DNA from: Deinococcus sp. LM3
GTDB taxonomy: Bacteria; Deinococcota; Deinococci; Deinococcales; Deinococcaceae
NCBI RefSeq assembly: GCF_002017875.1
Contig: NZ_MUFV01000005.1
Span: forward strand, 75,437 to 107,436
DNA: 32,000 nucleotides
Direction of reading: 5' to 3'
The notes under the pieces were generated by a model, which saw only the letters and a list, made by a program, of their open reading frames with translations, was not told where the DNA came from and made no database searches. Both the position numbers and the translations under genes were made by a program. Each line of letters starts with the position of its first letter. Within the stretch, counting starts at the first letter, position 1. Positions 8,859 through 18,659 of this stretch are shown here, in pieces.

Positions 8859-9827
8859 GTGAAGTATTTTTGCGGCTACACCCCATGGGACTTCCCAATC
8901 GCGCAACTTGACCCCTACGCTCACATGCTCGTCTCGCCGACCACCTATTCGCCAACGTACAGGTACGACTTCCACCCGCCACAGGAGGTCATGCTCGATA
9001 GTGGCGCCTTCCATCACGGTCGGCGTAACACGCATCGTCACCGCCTGCGCACCTTGCATGATCAACTCAAAATTGCCGAACAGTACCCAGGGAGCACGGT
9101 CACTCTTGCCCACAGTGATGTGCTCTTGCGGCCAGAGGTTGATCCACGCCGGAGTATTCATGAAACCCTCGTGAATGCCGAGTGGTTCATGCGGCAGGAC
9201 CTGCCGAGTGGGTACCGACGAATGACTGTCGCTCAAGCACGCACTCCTGACGAGATGTACCTCGTGGTTTCTCAACTGGCTCAATTTGAGCCTGAATTGA
9301 TCGGTATAGGTGGTCTCGCGAATCTCCACCGTACCCACCGCAAACTCCTTCCATTTATGCTCGAAGGAGCGGTGGAGGCCGCCGGCGACCTTCCCCTCCA
9401 CGCACTCGGCGTCACTGCACAGCACATTCTCCAACGGCTACGCATCAACAACATCTACAGTTGCGACTCTGCCACTGCCATCTGGTGCGCCATCTATGGC
9501 AGCGTTGTCTATGCCCGTCCATACCGCCGTTACCGTCTGATCAGCGAGAAATCCAGCAGGCCCGAATCTCCACAGGAAACAGGCTACTACAGCAGTCTGA
9601 CTCGCCCTCTCGCCTGCACATGTCCAGTGTGCCGAACAGTTCCAGAAGAGTTACTAGGCAGTGACTCGCGCGCTAAATACGCCCGTTACATTCACAACTA
9701 CTATCACATCAAGCTTGAGATCGAGGGAGAGGGAGAATGGCAGGCAGTTTACTCATCGGCCGAATACCAGTCCGTTATGACGACCTTTCTCTCCTCCAGG
9801 AGCTCATCGAACAGCACCCAGGCATAA
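8859..9827 (+). CDS. compact TGT-like (DpdA-superfamily) protein
   Basis: MLDSGAF, IGIGGLA, LPLHALGV, IYSCDSATAI, and zinc-site-like CTCPVC followed by YARYIHNYYH, matching the TGT CxCxxC...H pattern. Confidence 0.7.
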   Translation: MKYFCGYTPWDFPIAQLDPYAHMLVSPTTYSPTYRYDFHPPQEVMLDSGAFHHGRRNTHRHRLRTLHDQLKIAEQYPGSTVTLAHSDVLLRPEVDPRRSIHETLVNAEWFMRQDLPSGYRRMTVAQARTPDEMYLVVSQLAQFEPELIGIGGLANLHRTHRKLLPFMLEGAVEAAGDLPLHALGVTAQHILQRLRINNIYSCDSATAIWCAIYGSVVYARPYRRYRLISEKSSRPESPQETGYYSSLTRPLACTCPVCRTVPEELLGSDSRAKYARYIHNYYHIKLEIEGEGEWQAVYSSAEYQSVMTTFLSSRSSSNSTQA

Positions 9828-10525
9828 CGTTTAAAGCACTCAAGGAGACTTTAACGCCACACTGGACGTACTACCTGTCAAGCTCGGCCAGTCTGCTCAA
9901 AGAAACCCTGAGCTTTGGCACAACACTGGGCCTCTTCGCTTCAAGCGCTGAACGGTCATGGGATGACCGCACCTTCAGCACTCCCTATGAATCGAAGCAT
10001 CTTCGTGCCACGATTCTTCATCTCCTGTCCGCGCAATCAGACACCTCCCAGCGGGCCTTTCGTGGAGTTCATGACGAATTGATCGACCAGGGGCATGTCC
10101 ACACGGATATTTCCAGCATCCTCGAATGCATGGAGACTGGGCCCTATGGTCAGGTCTTCCGCTGGAACGATACGAAAGTCAACTTCTGGAGTCAGTTCAT
10201 GCACGACCTGGGTCTGGTCATCCGGCTTCCACCGGAACGGGTGGTCCTGAGTCCGACCAGCTCTCTCCTTCAAGAACTGCTGCCTGCACAGGGCGGCCCC
10301 GTTCGCCCGTTGTTGGAAACGTGGCACCGCGATTATTACGCCGTCTTCACGCGTCTAGGCGAGGTTCACGAAGGACTTGCACGGGCTCTCCTGCGACTGG
10401 AACAACAAGGACACATGACATTCACGTACGCGAGTGACGCCGTCGGCAGTGTGCTGTTATGCGGCCGTCGCATCAGTCACTGGACTCACGCCGCCGCCGG
10501 AGGCACCCATGTGGATTCCCTTTGA
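9737..10525 (+). CDS. hypothetical protein, DpdG-position candidate
   Basis: 262-aa ORF between a TGT-like gene and a DpdH-like ATPase. Overlaps the previous ORF by 91 nt, so the true start may be further downstream. Assignment is by context only. Confidence 0.5.
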   Translation: MAGSLLIGRIPVRYDDLSLLQELIEQHPGITFKALKETLTPHWTYYLSSSASLLKETLSFGTTLGLFASSAERSWDDRTFSTPYESKHLRATILHLLSAQSDTSQRAFRGVHDELIDQGHVHTDISSILECMETGPYGQVFRWNDTKVNFWSQFMHDLGLVIRLPPERVVLSPTSSLLQELLPAQGGPVRPLLETWHRDYYAVFTRLGEVHEGLARALLRLEQQGHMTFTYASDAVGSVLLCGRRISHWTHAAAGGTHVDSL

Positions 10526-13418
10526 TCCTGCCGACGTTGCTCAGGTCTTCACCACCGAATCCCGTCAGAAGCACGAGCGAATCTTCACGCTAACACACAC
10601 AAGCATGAACCGAATTCTCGTCTCGCACAACCGCGTCGGTCTTTCCAATGGCCAGTTTGTCGGTGAGCATGCAGTACTCGATCTGATTCAACAGTCTGCT
10701 CCGCTGGATAGCAATCGCGTCTGGTTCATCGTGGGAGAAACAGGCAGTGGCAAGTCTGAACTCTGCCAGTGGTTGGAGTACCAGTTGCGTGAACGGCACC
10801 TACCCCTGCACATCTCCAGGCGGCAAGCAAATCTCACCGGCATTCTCGATGTGCTGCACACCCATTTACCGTCCGGCCTTCAGGGGCAGACGACTGACCT
10901 GCCGCAGGACGTGTTGACGGATCACCTTCGCCTGCACCTCATGCTACGCGCCCACCGGGAAGGCCGCGGCCTGGGGTACGTCGAGCAGTTGCTGCCCTTT
11001 CTCCCTGACCTCGCCCGGCGGCTCTATCAACCGCTGGCTTCGTTTGAATTGCCACCCCACCTGCCTCCTGCACCCGCAGATGTTCCTTTCACGGCCTGGT
11101 TGTTCAGCGCCGTTCGCGAAGTCTTGGGTCTCCAGTCACTCGAACCCACCCTGCGTGCACTGGCCGAACATACCGCCCAACTCGGGAAACGTCCGGTCCT
11201 TTTGCTGGAAGACATCACCACTCTCGGCTTCTTACGTGACGATCTCCTCGACTACATTTTTGATCTCTCCGCTCCAGGGTTCGACGCGGTCATCGGGCTG
11301 ACCAGCGGTTTTGAAGATACCCACCTTCACCGCGACGGAGACCTTTCAGAGATGGCGTATGTCCGTGACCGTCTCAGTGCCCGGTTCCAGTTATCGCACA
11401 AGAGTGGAGAAACGTTTTTCCTGAACCAACCTCAAGATCTCCATGATCTGGTCCGGCGCTACCTGGGCTGTCTGCCGGCTCAGTCGGGCGGATCTTCGCC
11501 CGCGTTTTCAGGCCTGTACCCGTTTTCACCCACCATGCTCGACCGTCTATACACACATCTGGTCGAAAGTGGTAACCCGCGTCAAACGCCACGGAATCTA
11601 CTCGACGCTGTTATCAAACCTTCCCTGTGTCTGAATGAACCACCCCACGTCACTCTGTTCCGGGCACACCCTTATTTGCGCACGCCCAGCGTTACCTTTT
11701 ACCATCAAGACATTCCACCGGAACTCCAAGGACTGCTGTACTGGCATGGTGAGGTCCGGGACGGAAGTGTTCACGTTCCGGACGATGTGGCGCAGGCATT
11801 CGGTTATGATTCTGTTCCTCCGGTTCCCTGTTTTCCCAATCCCACAGGATCAACGTGGCTCTTCGGAAAGACGGCGGATGATCCAACAGATCTGTGGAAA
11901 GAAGCCATCCGTGAACTGCAAGCCTGGCAATCTGCGGGTGCTCCCTTTCCCAAACGCCAGTATCTCAAGCGCGGGATTGAACGACTTCTCCGGGCCCTGC
12001 TGGATCCGCGCCCTATCCAGCATCCCCGTCTGAATGCGCTCAGCGCAGATCCTTTAGAGTACACGCGCGGAGGCGATCACCTCCCTATTTACTTACCCGA
12101 GAGCGGTGACGTGCGTCCTGAGCATTGGCCGAGCCTGCACTTCCCCCGCACTCTTCCGCCCCAACTGCTTGAAGAATGCCTCACCTATGCGTTCTCCGCC
12201 AATCGCCATGTAGAATGCTTTGCCGATCTGGGACATACGCGACAGGTTCTCGAAGATGTTGTCTCCGATTTCCGGAGTGACGTGCGCGATCAGATCGGAC
12301 GTCTCACCGGACAATCATGGTCGAGGATGGTCTTTGGTCTCTGGTGGCTCTGTCAACATGTCTGCCAGGGCCATCCCCTGCAGATGAACGGCGGGGATGG
12401 CAAACGCGCCCTTTTGCAGTATGATCTCGCCCCAAAAGAACTGCGAACGGCCTGGTCGGATGAGCGTCGCCACCGCGTGTTACACCGCACTCACCAGGAA
12501 CTTCGGGCGAATCGTGATCACTACCGGGGCTTATTTGTGAGCCTCTTCCATCACAGAGACGACCTGATGGACCCCGTGCTCTATGAACAGGAGTGCCGAC
12601 AGTTCGATCCCAGTCTGTTCATGGATACCCTGGCCACGCTTTCACTCTCACGCCTCTCGGCGGCGCCCTACCGGCAACGGGGCAGTAAGCTCTCGTTGAC
12701 GCAACTCCTCCAACCCGCCGTGGAATACGCCGCAGCCCTCAAGGCATACGTCCTTCAAGACGAAGACCGTCTCCAGTGGACGGCCGTGGAACGCAGCCTT
12801 GAACACGCCATTCAACAGGCAGATGAATTGGACCTAGCCTGCAGACGTATTGAGCGTCTGGCTCATCAGGCCGGATGGACCATCACTGCCCCGCCGACCA
12901 GTCACACGTGGCGGTCCGGCGAGTGGGCAGGTGTCCTGCGTCAGTCCCAGCAGGCCAGTCGCGACTTCAAGAACCATCCTCCGATTGTGCAGATCACGGT
13001 GGCGCGCACGTGGCGGGAACGCCTGGAACAAATAGAACCGATCCAGTGGATGAACGCTGTTAAGGTGTTCCGAGACAGCGCTGAACGCATTCACCAGGAG
13101 AGGCACCCCGTTGAACAACTGCCCACACGACAGACGCATCATTCGAGTGACGTTCACCTGAATGATCTGGAAGATCTCGCCAGTACGCTGGCGGCGGCCG
13201 CGGACGCCGCCGACACCTTGCCACAGCATGTTGCCGAGCAGACGGCCCGTTCGATCCGTCGCCTGCAGGCGACGCAGACTCAGAGCATTGAAGCCGTCCT
13301 GGGCCGTCATGGCATTCACGCACCCGTGCAGATGGCGCGGCAGTCACGGGAGGCCAGTCTGGTTCTTCTGAGTGACCTGCTGGAATGCATGGTGGACCTC
13401 ATGGACTGCCCACCGTGA
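10509..13418 (+). CDS. large P-loop ATPase, DpdH-like
   Basis: VWFIVGETGSGKSELCQWLEYQL (Walker A), RPVLLLEDITTLGF (Walker B-like), about 969 aa from the ATG at 10509 that overlaps the upstream stop. DpdH naming is by size and context. Confidence 0.7.
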   Translation: MWIPFDPADVAQVFTTESRQKHERIFTLTHTSMNRILVSHNRVGLSNGQFVGEHAVLDLIQQSAPLDSNRVWFIVGETGSGKSELCQWLEYQLRERHLPLHISRRQANLTGILDVLHTHLPSGLQGQTTDLPQDVLTDHLRLHLMLRAHREGRGLGYVEQLLPFLPDLARRLYQPLASFELPPHLPPAPADVPFTAWLFSAVREVLGLQSLEPTLRALAEHTAQLGKRPVLLLEDITTLGFLRDDLLDYIFDLSAPGFDAVIGLTSGFEDTHLHRDGDLSEMAYVRDRLSARFQLSHKSGETFFLNQPQDLHDLVRRYLGCLPAQSGGSSPAFSGLYPFSPTMLDRLYTHLVESGNPRQTPRNLLDAVIKPSLCLNEPPHVTLFRAHPYLRTPSVTFYHQDIPPELQGLLYWHGEVRDGSVHVPDDVAQAFGYDSVPPVPCFPNPTGSTWLFGKTADDPTDLWKEAIRELQAWQSAGAPFPKRQYLKRGIERLLRALLDPRPIQHPRLNALSADPLEYTRGGDHLPIYLPESGDVRPEHWPSLHFPRTLPPQLLEECLTYAFSANRHVECFADLGHTRQVLEDVVSDFRSDVRDQIGRLTGQSWSRMVFGLWWLCQHVCQGHPLQMNGGDGKRALLQYDLAPKELRTAWSDERRHRVLHRTHQELRANRDHYRGLFVSLFHHRDDLMDPVLYEQECRQFDPSLFMDTLATLSLSRLSAAPYRQRGSKLSLTQLLQPAVEYAAALKAYVLQDEDRLQWTAVERSLEHAIQQADELDLACRRIERLAHQAGWTITAPPTSHTWRSGEWAGVLRQSQQASRDFKNHPPIVQITVARTWRERLEQIEPIQWMNAVKVFRDSAERIHQERHPVEQLPTRQTHHSSDVHLNDLEDLASTLAAAADAADTLPQHVAEQTARSIRRLQATQTQSIEAVLGRHGIHAPVQMARQSREASLVLLSDLLECMVDLMDCPP

Positions 13419-13459
13419 GCAACACCAGGGATGGCTCAGTACGTCGAAGCTAACATTGC

Positions 13460-13486
13460 GAGGTTCCGGCAAAGCGCCGGAACCTC
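13460..13486. terminator. putative bidirectional terminator hairpin
   Basis: GAGGTTCCGGC-AAAGC-GCCGGAACCTC, perfect 11-bp stem, between convergent genes. No T-tract. Confidence 0.5.
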
Positions 13487-13559
13487 TCCATTCCCGCTCC
13501 AACGTACTTTTTCTGCTGCGCGCTCCGCGCGGTTTATCTACAAGATAAACGCAGTGTAC

Positions 13560-15545
13560 TTAATTCAGGAGGCGTTCCATGGGCCGCTCCAGGTTGTCCC
13601 GTCGTTCCCGGGCAGCCTCATAGCGGTCTCGTTTAACGAGGAGGCTTTCATCGCCGGCAAGGATACGGGCCTGCACGTCCTGGAGTGCCCGGAGGTACAT
13701 GTTGATGTTATGAACGGCGCGGCCCATGTTCGCTTCGTTGCCACCGTTGTAGGGACGGCCACTCGGGTCGCGTAATGTTCCACCCTGTGCCCGGGTGTCC
13801 CACCCTTCGGCGCGCATGGCAGAGCACGCAGGACAGTGGCAGGGCGGTAACTCATCGCTTCCAGGAACGTTCTCAACAATCCGGTACTTTTTGAGGAGGT
13901 TGGGGTCTTCCGGGACGTACTGAAGGAAGGATCCGGCCGTGAAGGCAGACATATACATGCTGGAACCGTCAAAGGAGTCAACACCCAGATGTGTGAGCGT
14001 GGCAGCCCATTTGATACTGGAAACCCCCAGGACGTGAATATACAGATCCGGCACCTGGGCCCGGTACTGTAAGGCGTCTTCAACGCACCGGTAAACAAAG
14101 TACGGATCACGACTTGATTTCAGGGCGAGACTGCCCAGGGCGATGTGCCGGTACCCGAGATCCAGGTAATGCTCCATCATTTCGTGCCGTTGCTCGAAGG
14201 ACCCGTGGGTGACGGCCATGAGACGGTGCGCACCGGCGAGGGGCTTCATGGCTCTTGCGAACTGATAGGAGATTTCAATTTTTTCGCGCGCAACCTGCGG
14301 ACTGTCGAGACCGTCAAGGATCATCATATCCGGGGAGACGATAATGTCACGTCCTTCCCGGGCCCCTGCATCCTCAAACAGTTTCATGGTGCCCTCTGGC
14401 GTCAGGGGTCCGTTGCGTTTTTTCAGGATGGGGTATGGCTCTGCCTTGTAACTCCAGGCGCCGCAATCGTAGATATTGCCCTCATCAGTTTGTGGCAAGG
14501 GATCACTGTTAGGGTTGTGATACGCCAGAGAGGTCAAGTACCCCCTGGGATCCGTTTCAATAAAGTTCCAGATGCGTTCCATCTTGGGGGTTGGCAACGG
14601 CGCCCCTGCGTGATCCTGTGTCAGTTTGAGCTTGTCACGGTTGTTAATCACCACTGTGAATCGTGCCCGCGGAGGCACCGCGAGTTCATGCTGGGCTTTC
14701 GGGTAAAACGCTTCACTGCTCAAGTTCAGAGGGTTGAAGCCCAGTCCGGTGCGGTGAATGCTGGGACCTGTGGTGACCGGCATGGGAGGCACTGAAGCTT
14801 CTACCTCAGCCTCTGACATGAGCGTTGGTGCCGTGCGGGCCGCCTGCCAGGTTTCCAGATAGGTGATGGCGCTCTGAGGATCGGCGTGCCAATCGTGCAG
14901 CACTTCTGGATGTTCTGCGACGGCCCGCGCGAGTTGATGAAACAAGAAGCCTTTCAGGCCAACCATACCGTATCCGAAGCGACGTGCATCCTTATTGACC
15001 AGAGGGAGAACAGCCTGCTTGGCGGCATGCTCGGGAAGAATGGCGGCACTCCCGCCACTGGCCAGAAAAATGAAGCTTTGATCTGGACGACTCTGCAGTG
15101 GGAGAAGGGCCGACTTCAGATAATTCTCGCCGAGCAGGAAAATGACAATATCATAAGACTTTATTCTTGCATTCAGGGCCTCGTGGATGCCCAGCTGCTT
15201 ACTCCAGTCTAAGACTTCCCGGCTTTTTAATTCGTTGAAAGACGTTTCGTAGGGGGCAATAAATTTATACTGATCGATTAAGCCATAACCGGCTGAGATG
15301 ATTTCCAGCCGACTGACAACACCTTTGATCTTCGAGAGAATATCAAAAGCTCGGGAGACCTGTTGGTGCTGCGCACCCGTGTATAAGCGCTTGGCTGAAG
15401 TTCGGTACTCCGCCAACTCTTGCTCACGAGCCCGAAGGTGATCTCCTCCCTTGCGGAAATCCTCTATCACAAGTTGATTTGGCGGTTTGTATAGCTTTGC
15501 GCCCGTACAAGAACTGATGACTAACAAGCTTGGGTACTTGGGCAT
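13560..15545 (-). CDS. dpdA: DpdA-like protein: N-terminal DUF6884/YaaA-like domain fused to C-terminal TGT-like domain
   Basis: N-term SLLVISSCTGAKLY...ISAGYGLIDQYKFIAPYETSF. C-term YRHIALGSLALK, DLYIHVLGVSS, LGVDSFDGSSM, CHCPACS...RAVHNINMY. Directly follows queC. Confidence 0.75.
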   Translation of the reverse strand: MPKYPSLLVISSCTGAKLYKPPNQLVIEDFRKGGDHLRAREQELAEYRTSAKRLYTGAQHQQVSRAFDILSKIKGVVSRLEIISAGYGLIDQYKFIAPYETSFNELKSREVLDWSKQLGIHEALNARIKSYDIVIFLLGENYLKSALLPLQSRPDQSFIFLASGGSAAILPEHAAKQAVLPLVNKDARRFGYGMVGLKGFLFHQLARAVAEHPEVLHDWHADPQSAITYLETWQAARTAPTLMSEAEVEASVPPMPVTTGPSIHRTGLGFNPLNLSSEAFYPKAQHELAVPPRARFTVVINNRDKLKLTQDHAGAPLPTPKMERIWNFIETDPRGYLTSLAYHNPNSDPLPQTDEGNIYDCGAWSYKAEPYPILKKRNGPLTPEGTMKLFEDAGAREGRDIIVSPDMMILDGLDSPQVAREKIEISYQFARAMKPLAGAHRLMAVTHGSFEQRHEMMEHYLDLGYRHIALGSLALKSSRDPYFVYRCVEDALQYRAQVPDLYIHVLGVSSIKWAATLTHLGVDSFDGSSMYMSAFTAGSFLQYVPEDPNLLKKYRIVENVPGSDELPPCHCPACSAMRAEGWDTRAQGGTLRDPSGRPYNGGNEANMGRAVHNINMYLRALQDVQARILAGDESLLVKRDRYEAARERRDNLERPMERLLN

Positions 15546-15547
15546 AC

Positions 15548-16252
15548 TTACTCTTGTATACCGTCCTGCGCCTGGGCGTAGCGGGTGGCGAGGTCCGGGC
15601 GGCCCGCCTCGATCAGCGCCTTATCGCGGATGCGGCATGAATCGCACACCCCGCACGGCTCCTCGCCCCCCTGGTAGCAACTCCAGGTCACGTCGATCGG
15701 CACGCCCACCGCCAGCGCCTCGCGCACGATGTCCGCCTTCGTCATCTCCGCCAGCGGCGCTGTCAGTACCGCCCCGCGCCCCTCCAGGCCCGCCTTCGTC
15801 GCCAGGTCCGCCAGCGTCTGGTACGCCGAGAGATACTCCGGCCGGCAGTCCGGGTACCCGCTGTAATCCACCGCGTTGATCCCCAGGAACACCCGCTCCG
15901 CGTCGATCGCCTCGGCCAGACTCAGACCCACGGCAATAAAGACCGTGTTGCGCCCCGGCACGTACGTCGGCGGAATCACGCCGTCCTCCGTCCCGTCCGT
16001 CGGCACGGCCATCGACTCGTCCGTCAGGGCACTCCCCCCGAACGACCCGATATTGATGTCGATCACCCGGTGCACGGCTCCGAAGTGCGCCGCGACCGTC
16101 GCTGCCCGCTCCAGTTCCACCGTGTGCCGCTGCCCGTACCGGAACGACAACGCCGTACACGCATACCCGTCCCGCGTCGCCATGCCCAGCACCGTGCTCG
16201 AATCCAGCCCGCCCGACAGCAGCACCACTGCCCTCTTATTCTGATTTGTCAT
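15548..16252 (-). CDS. queC: 7-cyano-7-deazaguanine (preQ0) synthase QueC
   Basis: [17 protein letters not shown]-loop, [35 protein letters not shown] zinc site. Confidence 0.96.
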   Translation of the reverse strand: MTNQNKRAVVLLSGGLDSSTVLGMATRDGYACTALSFRYGQRHTVELERAATVAAHFGAVHRVIDINIGSFGGSALTDESMAVPTDGTEDGVIPPTYVPGRNTVFIAVGLSLAEAIDAERVFLGINAVDYSGYPDCRPEYLSAYQTLADLATKAGLEGRGAVLTAPLAEMTKADIVREALAVGVPIDVTWSCYQGGEEPCGVCDSCRIRDKALIEAGRPDLATRYAQAQDGIQE

Positions 16253-16377
16253 GTTGATTCTCCGAGGTTAATAGTGAATGGAAGGCTCTGAAGGCCTCTC
16301 CCTTCGGGAGAGGCCTGTTCTACACCTGAACAACTAAGTCCTGCCTGAGAGATCACTCTCACTGCACCAACAGCCTT

Positions 16378-17070
16378 TCAGTACCCAAGTTCCGCGTTCC
16401 CACCGAGGGGGATGAGGCGCTTGTCACTGTGCGCGTCGAGGTCGTCGGCGCGGTACAGCTTGTGCATCTGGTACCCGGCCCGCAGGCGCGGGTTCTCCTT
16501 CACCGCCTGCGTGATGCCGTTCAGCACAGTCAGATCCCGCTCGCGGGCCCGGCTCCACTCCGGGTGCAGCCAGATCACCGCCCCGTCCGGCAGGCCGGTC
16601 AGGGTGTCCAGGCCCGCCTGAATATCACCGGGTTCGTGGACGATGATCTTCACCTCGTCCGCGAGTACCACGACTTCCGGCAGCGGGGGCTGCCCGAACG
16701 GTTTGGGCGACAGCGTCACCCAGTCCAGTTCACCCCGCAGCGGTGCGATCCCGCTCGTCTCGATGTGCACCCGGCGGCCCAGCGCGTGCAGGGCGTCCGT
16801 CAGGGGCGCGAGGTCGAACAGGATCGGCTCGCCCCCCGTGACCACCACCACCGCGCCCTCTGGACTCTCGGCCCGCACCACATCGGCCAGTTCATCGGCA
16901 CTCATGAGGGTCACGCCGTCCGGGCGGTAGTCGCGGTGCCACGTGCCGGCACTGTCGCACCAGGGGCAGGCCTGCGGGCAGCCGTACAGGCGGATGAAGT
17001 ACGCCGCGCGGCCCAGGTGAACCCCCTCGCCCTGCCAGGTGTAGAACCGCTCGTACACCGGGTACTTCAT
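16378..17070 (-). CDS. queE: 7-carboxy-7-deazaguanine synthase QueE (radical SAM)
   Basis: YERFYTWQGEGVHLGRAAYFIRLYGCPQACPWCDSAGTWH, VVVTGGEP. Confidence 0.95.
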   Translation of the reverse strand: MKYPVYERFYTWQGEGVHLGRAAYFIRLYGCPQACPWCDSAGTWHRDYRPDGVTLMSADELADVVRAESPEGAVVVVTGGEPILFDLAPLTDALHALGRRVHIETSGIAPLRGELDWVTLSPKPFGQPPLPEVVVLADEVKIIVHEPGDIQAGLDTLTGLPDGAVIWLHPEWSRARERDLTVLNGITQAVKENPRLRAGYQMHKLYRADDLDAHSDKRLIPLGGNAELGY

Positions 17071-17081
17071 TGTTGCTCCGC

Positions 17082-17107
17082 TGGAATGGTTCGCCAGAAC
17101 CGTTCCA
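17082..17107. promoter_or_regulatory. hairpin/operator-like inverted repeat just upstream of the queE start
   Basis: TGGAATGGTTC-GCCA-GAACCGTTCCA, 11-bp arms with one mismatch, ending 11 nt before the queE ATG on the minus strand. Confidence 0.5.
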
Positions 17108-17134
17108 GTCGAGCGGATGTGAGAAGGAGCCCAG

Positions 17135-17201
17135 CGGATTCCGGGCGTGGAATTTGGACCTCGATGGGGTGCCGAGGTGCAAATGGAACAGACGGAATCC
17201 G
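17135..17201. repeat. 67-bp imperfect palindromic element between queD and queE
   Basis: CGGATTCCG...TTTGGACCTCG-N9-CGAGGTGCAAA...CGGAATCCG. The outer ends match those of the 135-bp structured repeat. Confidence 0.6.
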
Positions 17202-17211
17202 GTTCACGCCC

Positions 17212-17622
17212 TCACTCCCAGTACTCGCAGGAGCTGTCGGGTGTCTCCCAGAGCGTCACGTGCAGGCGCAGGTCTGCGCCGTCGTCCCCGTCGGGCAGGT
17301 CGGCGCGCACGCGCTTCATGGTGTGGCGGTGAATGTACGCGGCGACGACCTCGGCGGTCGTGTCGTCCCCGAGTTCCGGGATGTCGTTCAGGTATGCGTG
17401 GTCCAGGCCGCCGGCGTCCACGTCCTTCTTCGCCCATTTGAGGGTCTTGAAGTCCGCGACCATGATGGCCCGCTTGACGTGCGCACTCGGGCGGAGTTTC
17501 TCACTGGTGAGTTCCAGCCGGACGCGGTACGTGTGCCCGTGCAGTCTCCCGCACGGCCCGTCGTAGCCGGTGATCACATGTGCCGAATCGAACGTGAACT
17601 CCGAACTCAGTTTCCAAGGCAT
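17212..17622 (-). CDS. queD: 6-carboxytetrahydropterin synthase QueD
   Basis: SSEFTFDSAHVITGYDGPCGRLHGHTYRVRLEL with HGH metal motif, ADFKTLK, DHAYLND. Confidence 0.95.
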   Translation of the reverse strand: MPWKLSSEFTFDSAHVITGYDGPCGRLHGHTYRVRLELTSEKLRPSAHVKRAIMVADFKTLKWAKKDVDAGGLDHAYLNDIPELGDDTTAEVVAAYIHRHTMKRVRADLPDGDDGADLRLHVTLWETPDSSCEYWE

Positions 17623-18257
17623 CAGCGGACTCCTGCGGGTGCGGTGGTGAGGGCGGGCTCCTGCGGCTCACTGACCTGGGTTCGCACCCAGCGAACCAGG
17701 GGAATAAGCAGAAGGCTGATCAGCATCTTCAGGATGATCTGCCCGAGCATCAGGTTCAGCAGGGGCGCGCCGGTCCCGGCAAAGGCCAGCGTGATGAACA
17801 CGATGGTATCCAGGGTGGTGCTCACGGCGTTCGACGCGATGACCTGCACGGTGACCCCACGGTGACGCAGACGCTCGAAGATCAGGGCGTCGAGGGCCGT
17901 GCTGATCAGGTACGCGGCCAGGCTCGCCAGGACCACGCGGACCGTGGAACCGAAGACCACCTGATAGGCGTCGTCCTGGAAGAATCCGGGTTTCGGAAGG
18001 GCATTGACGAGTAGACCGTAGGCGGCGAGCAGCGCGTTGGCGGCGAAACCGCCCCACAGGACCGCCTTGGCGGCCGTCCAGCCCCCCGCGGTGTGGATGG
18101 CGTCCCTAAGGGTGAAGGTCAGGGAGTACAGGAAGATCGCGCCGGGAAAGACCAGGGAGCCGAGCTGCACGAGGCGACCGGCGGTGACGTTACTGACGAG
18201 TTCCGCGCCGATGTAGACGGAGATCAGGATGGTCAGCAGGGTGGTGCGTTGAGTCAT
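17622..18257 (-). CDS. yhhQ: queuosine precursor transporter (YhhQ/QueT-like, VUT family)
   Basis: Hydrophobic multi-TM protein (LISVYIGAELVSNVTAGRLV...FPGAIFLYSLTFTLRDAIHTAGG), one-base overlap with queD. Confidence 0.85.
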   Translation of the reverse strand: MTQRTTLLTILISVYIGAELVSNVTAGRLVQLGSLVFPGAIFLYSLTFTLRDAIHTAGGWTAAKAVLWGGFAANALLAAYGLLVNALPKPGFFQDDAYQVVFGSTVRVVLASLAAYLISTALDALIFERLRHRGVTVQVIASNAVSTTLDTIVFITLAFAGTGAPLLNLMLGQIILKMLISLLLIPLVRWVRTQVSEPQEPALTTAPAGVR

Positions 18258-18507
18258 GGGAAACCTTTCGGGTGAAGCGACTCCAGCGCGCGTGGGACGA
18301 TCCGGCCCGAATCGCCACGGGCCCCTCCAGCAGGAAGGGGAGTGACGAGAGGGCGGCGGATCCCAGGGGCCGGGAAGCCGGAGAGATCAGAGCAGCGTGA
18401 CGACGCGGCCGTGATGTTGATGTGCACACGTCAGTCGGGTGCCTGCCACCGTTCAACGGTGTGCAGGTCAGTCGGGGCTGACGTCGGGCGGAGCGTTCGT
18501 GGTCGCT

Positions 18508-18659
18508 CTAGCCGGTGGGTCCCTGAGGGGGGCAGCGCCCGGGCGCGAAACCGTCTCGTTTCGTGGCGGGGCGAGGTCCTGCGGGACCGTCAGGTGGGGC
18601 GCCGTGCGCCTCCCACCTGGAAGGAGGGGAGATCCAGGATACGCCGGAGTACTTGTTCA
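18508..18659 (-). CDS. possible short upstream ORF in the leader between the TGT-like gene and yhhQ
   Basis: AAGGAGCTCCC-ATG then MNKYSGVSWISPPSRWEAHGAPPDGPAGPRPATKRDGFAPGRCPPQGPTG-stop. Confidence 0.3.

Noticed and set aside
8745-9434. 229-aa minus-strand ORF
   Set aside because: Antisense to the TGT-like gene and crosses the palindromic promoter; no recognisable motifs.
16429-17865. 478-aa plus-strand ORF
   Set aside because: Antisense to clearly recognised queE, queD and part of yhhQ; no family motifs.
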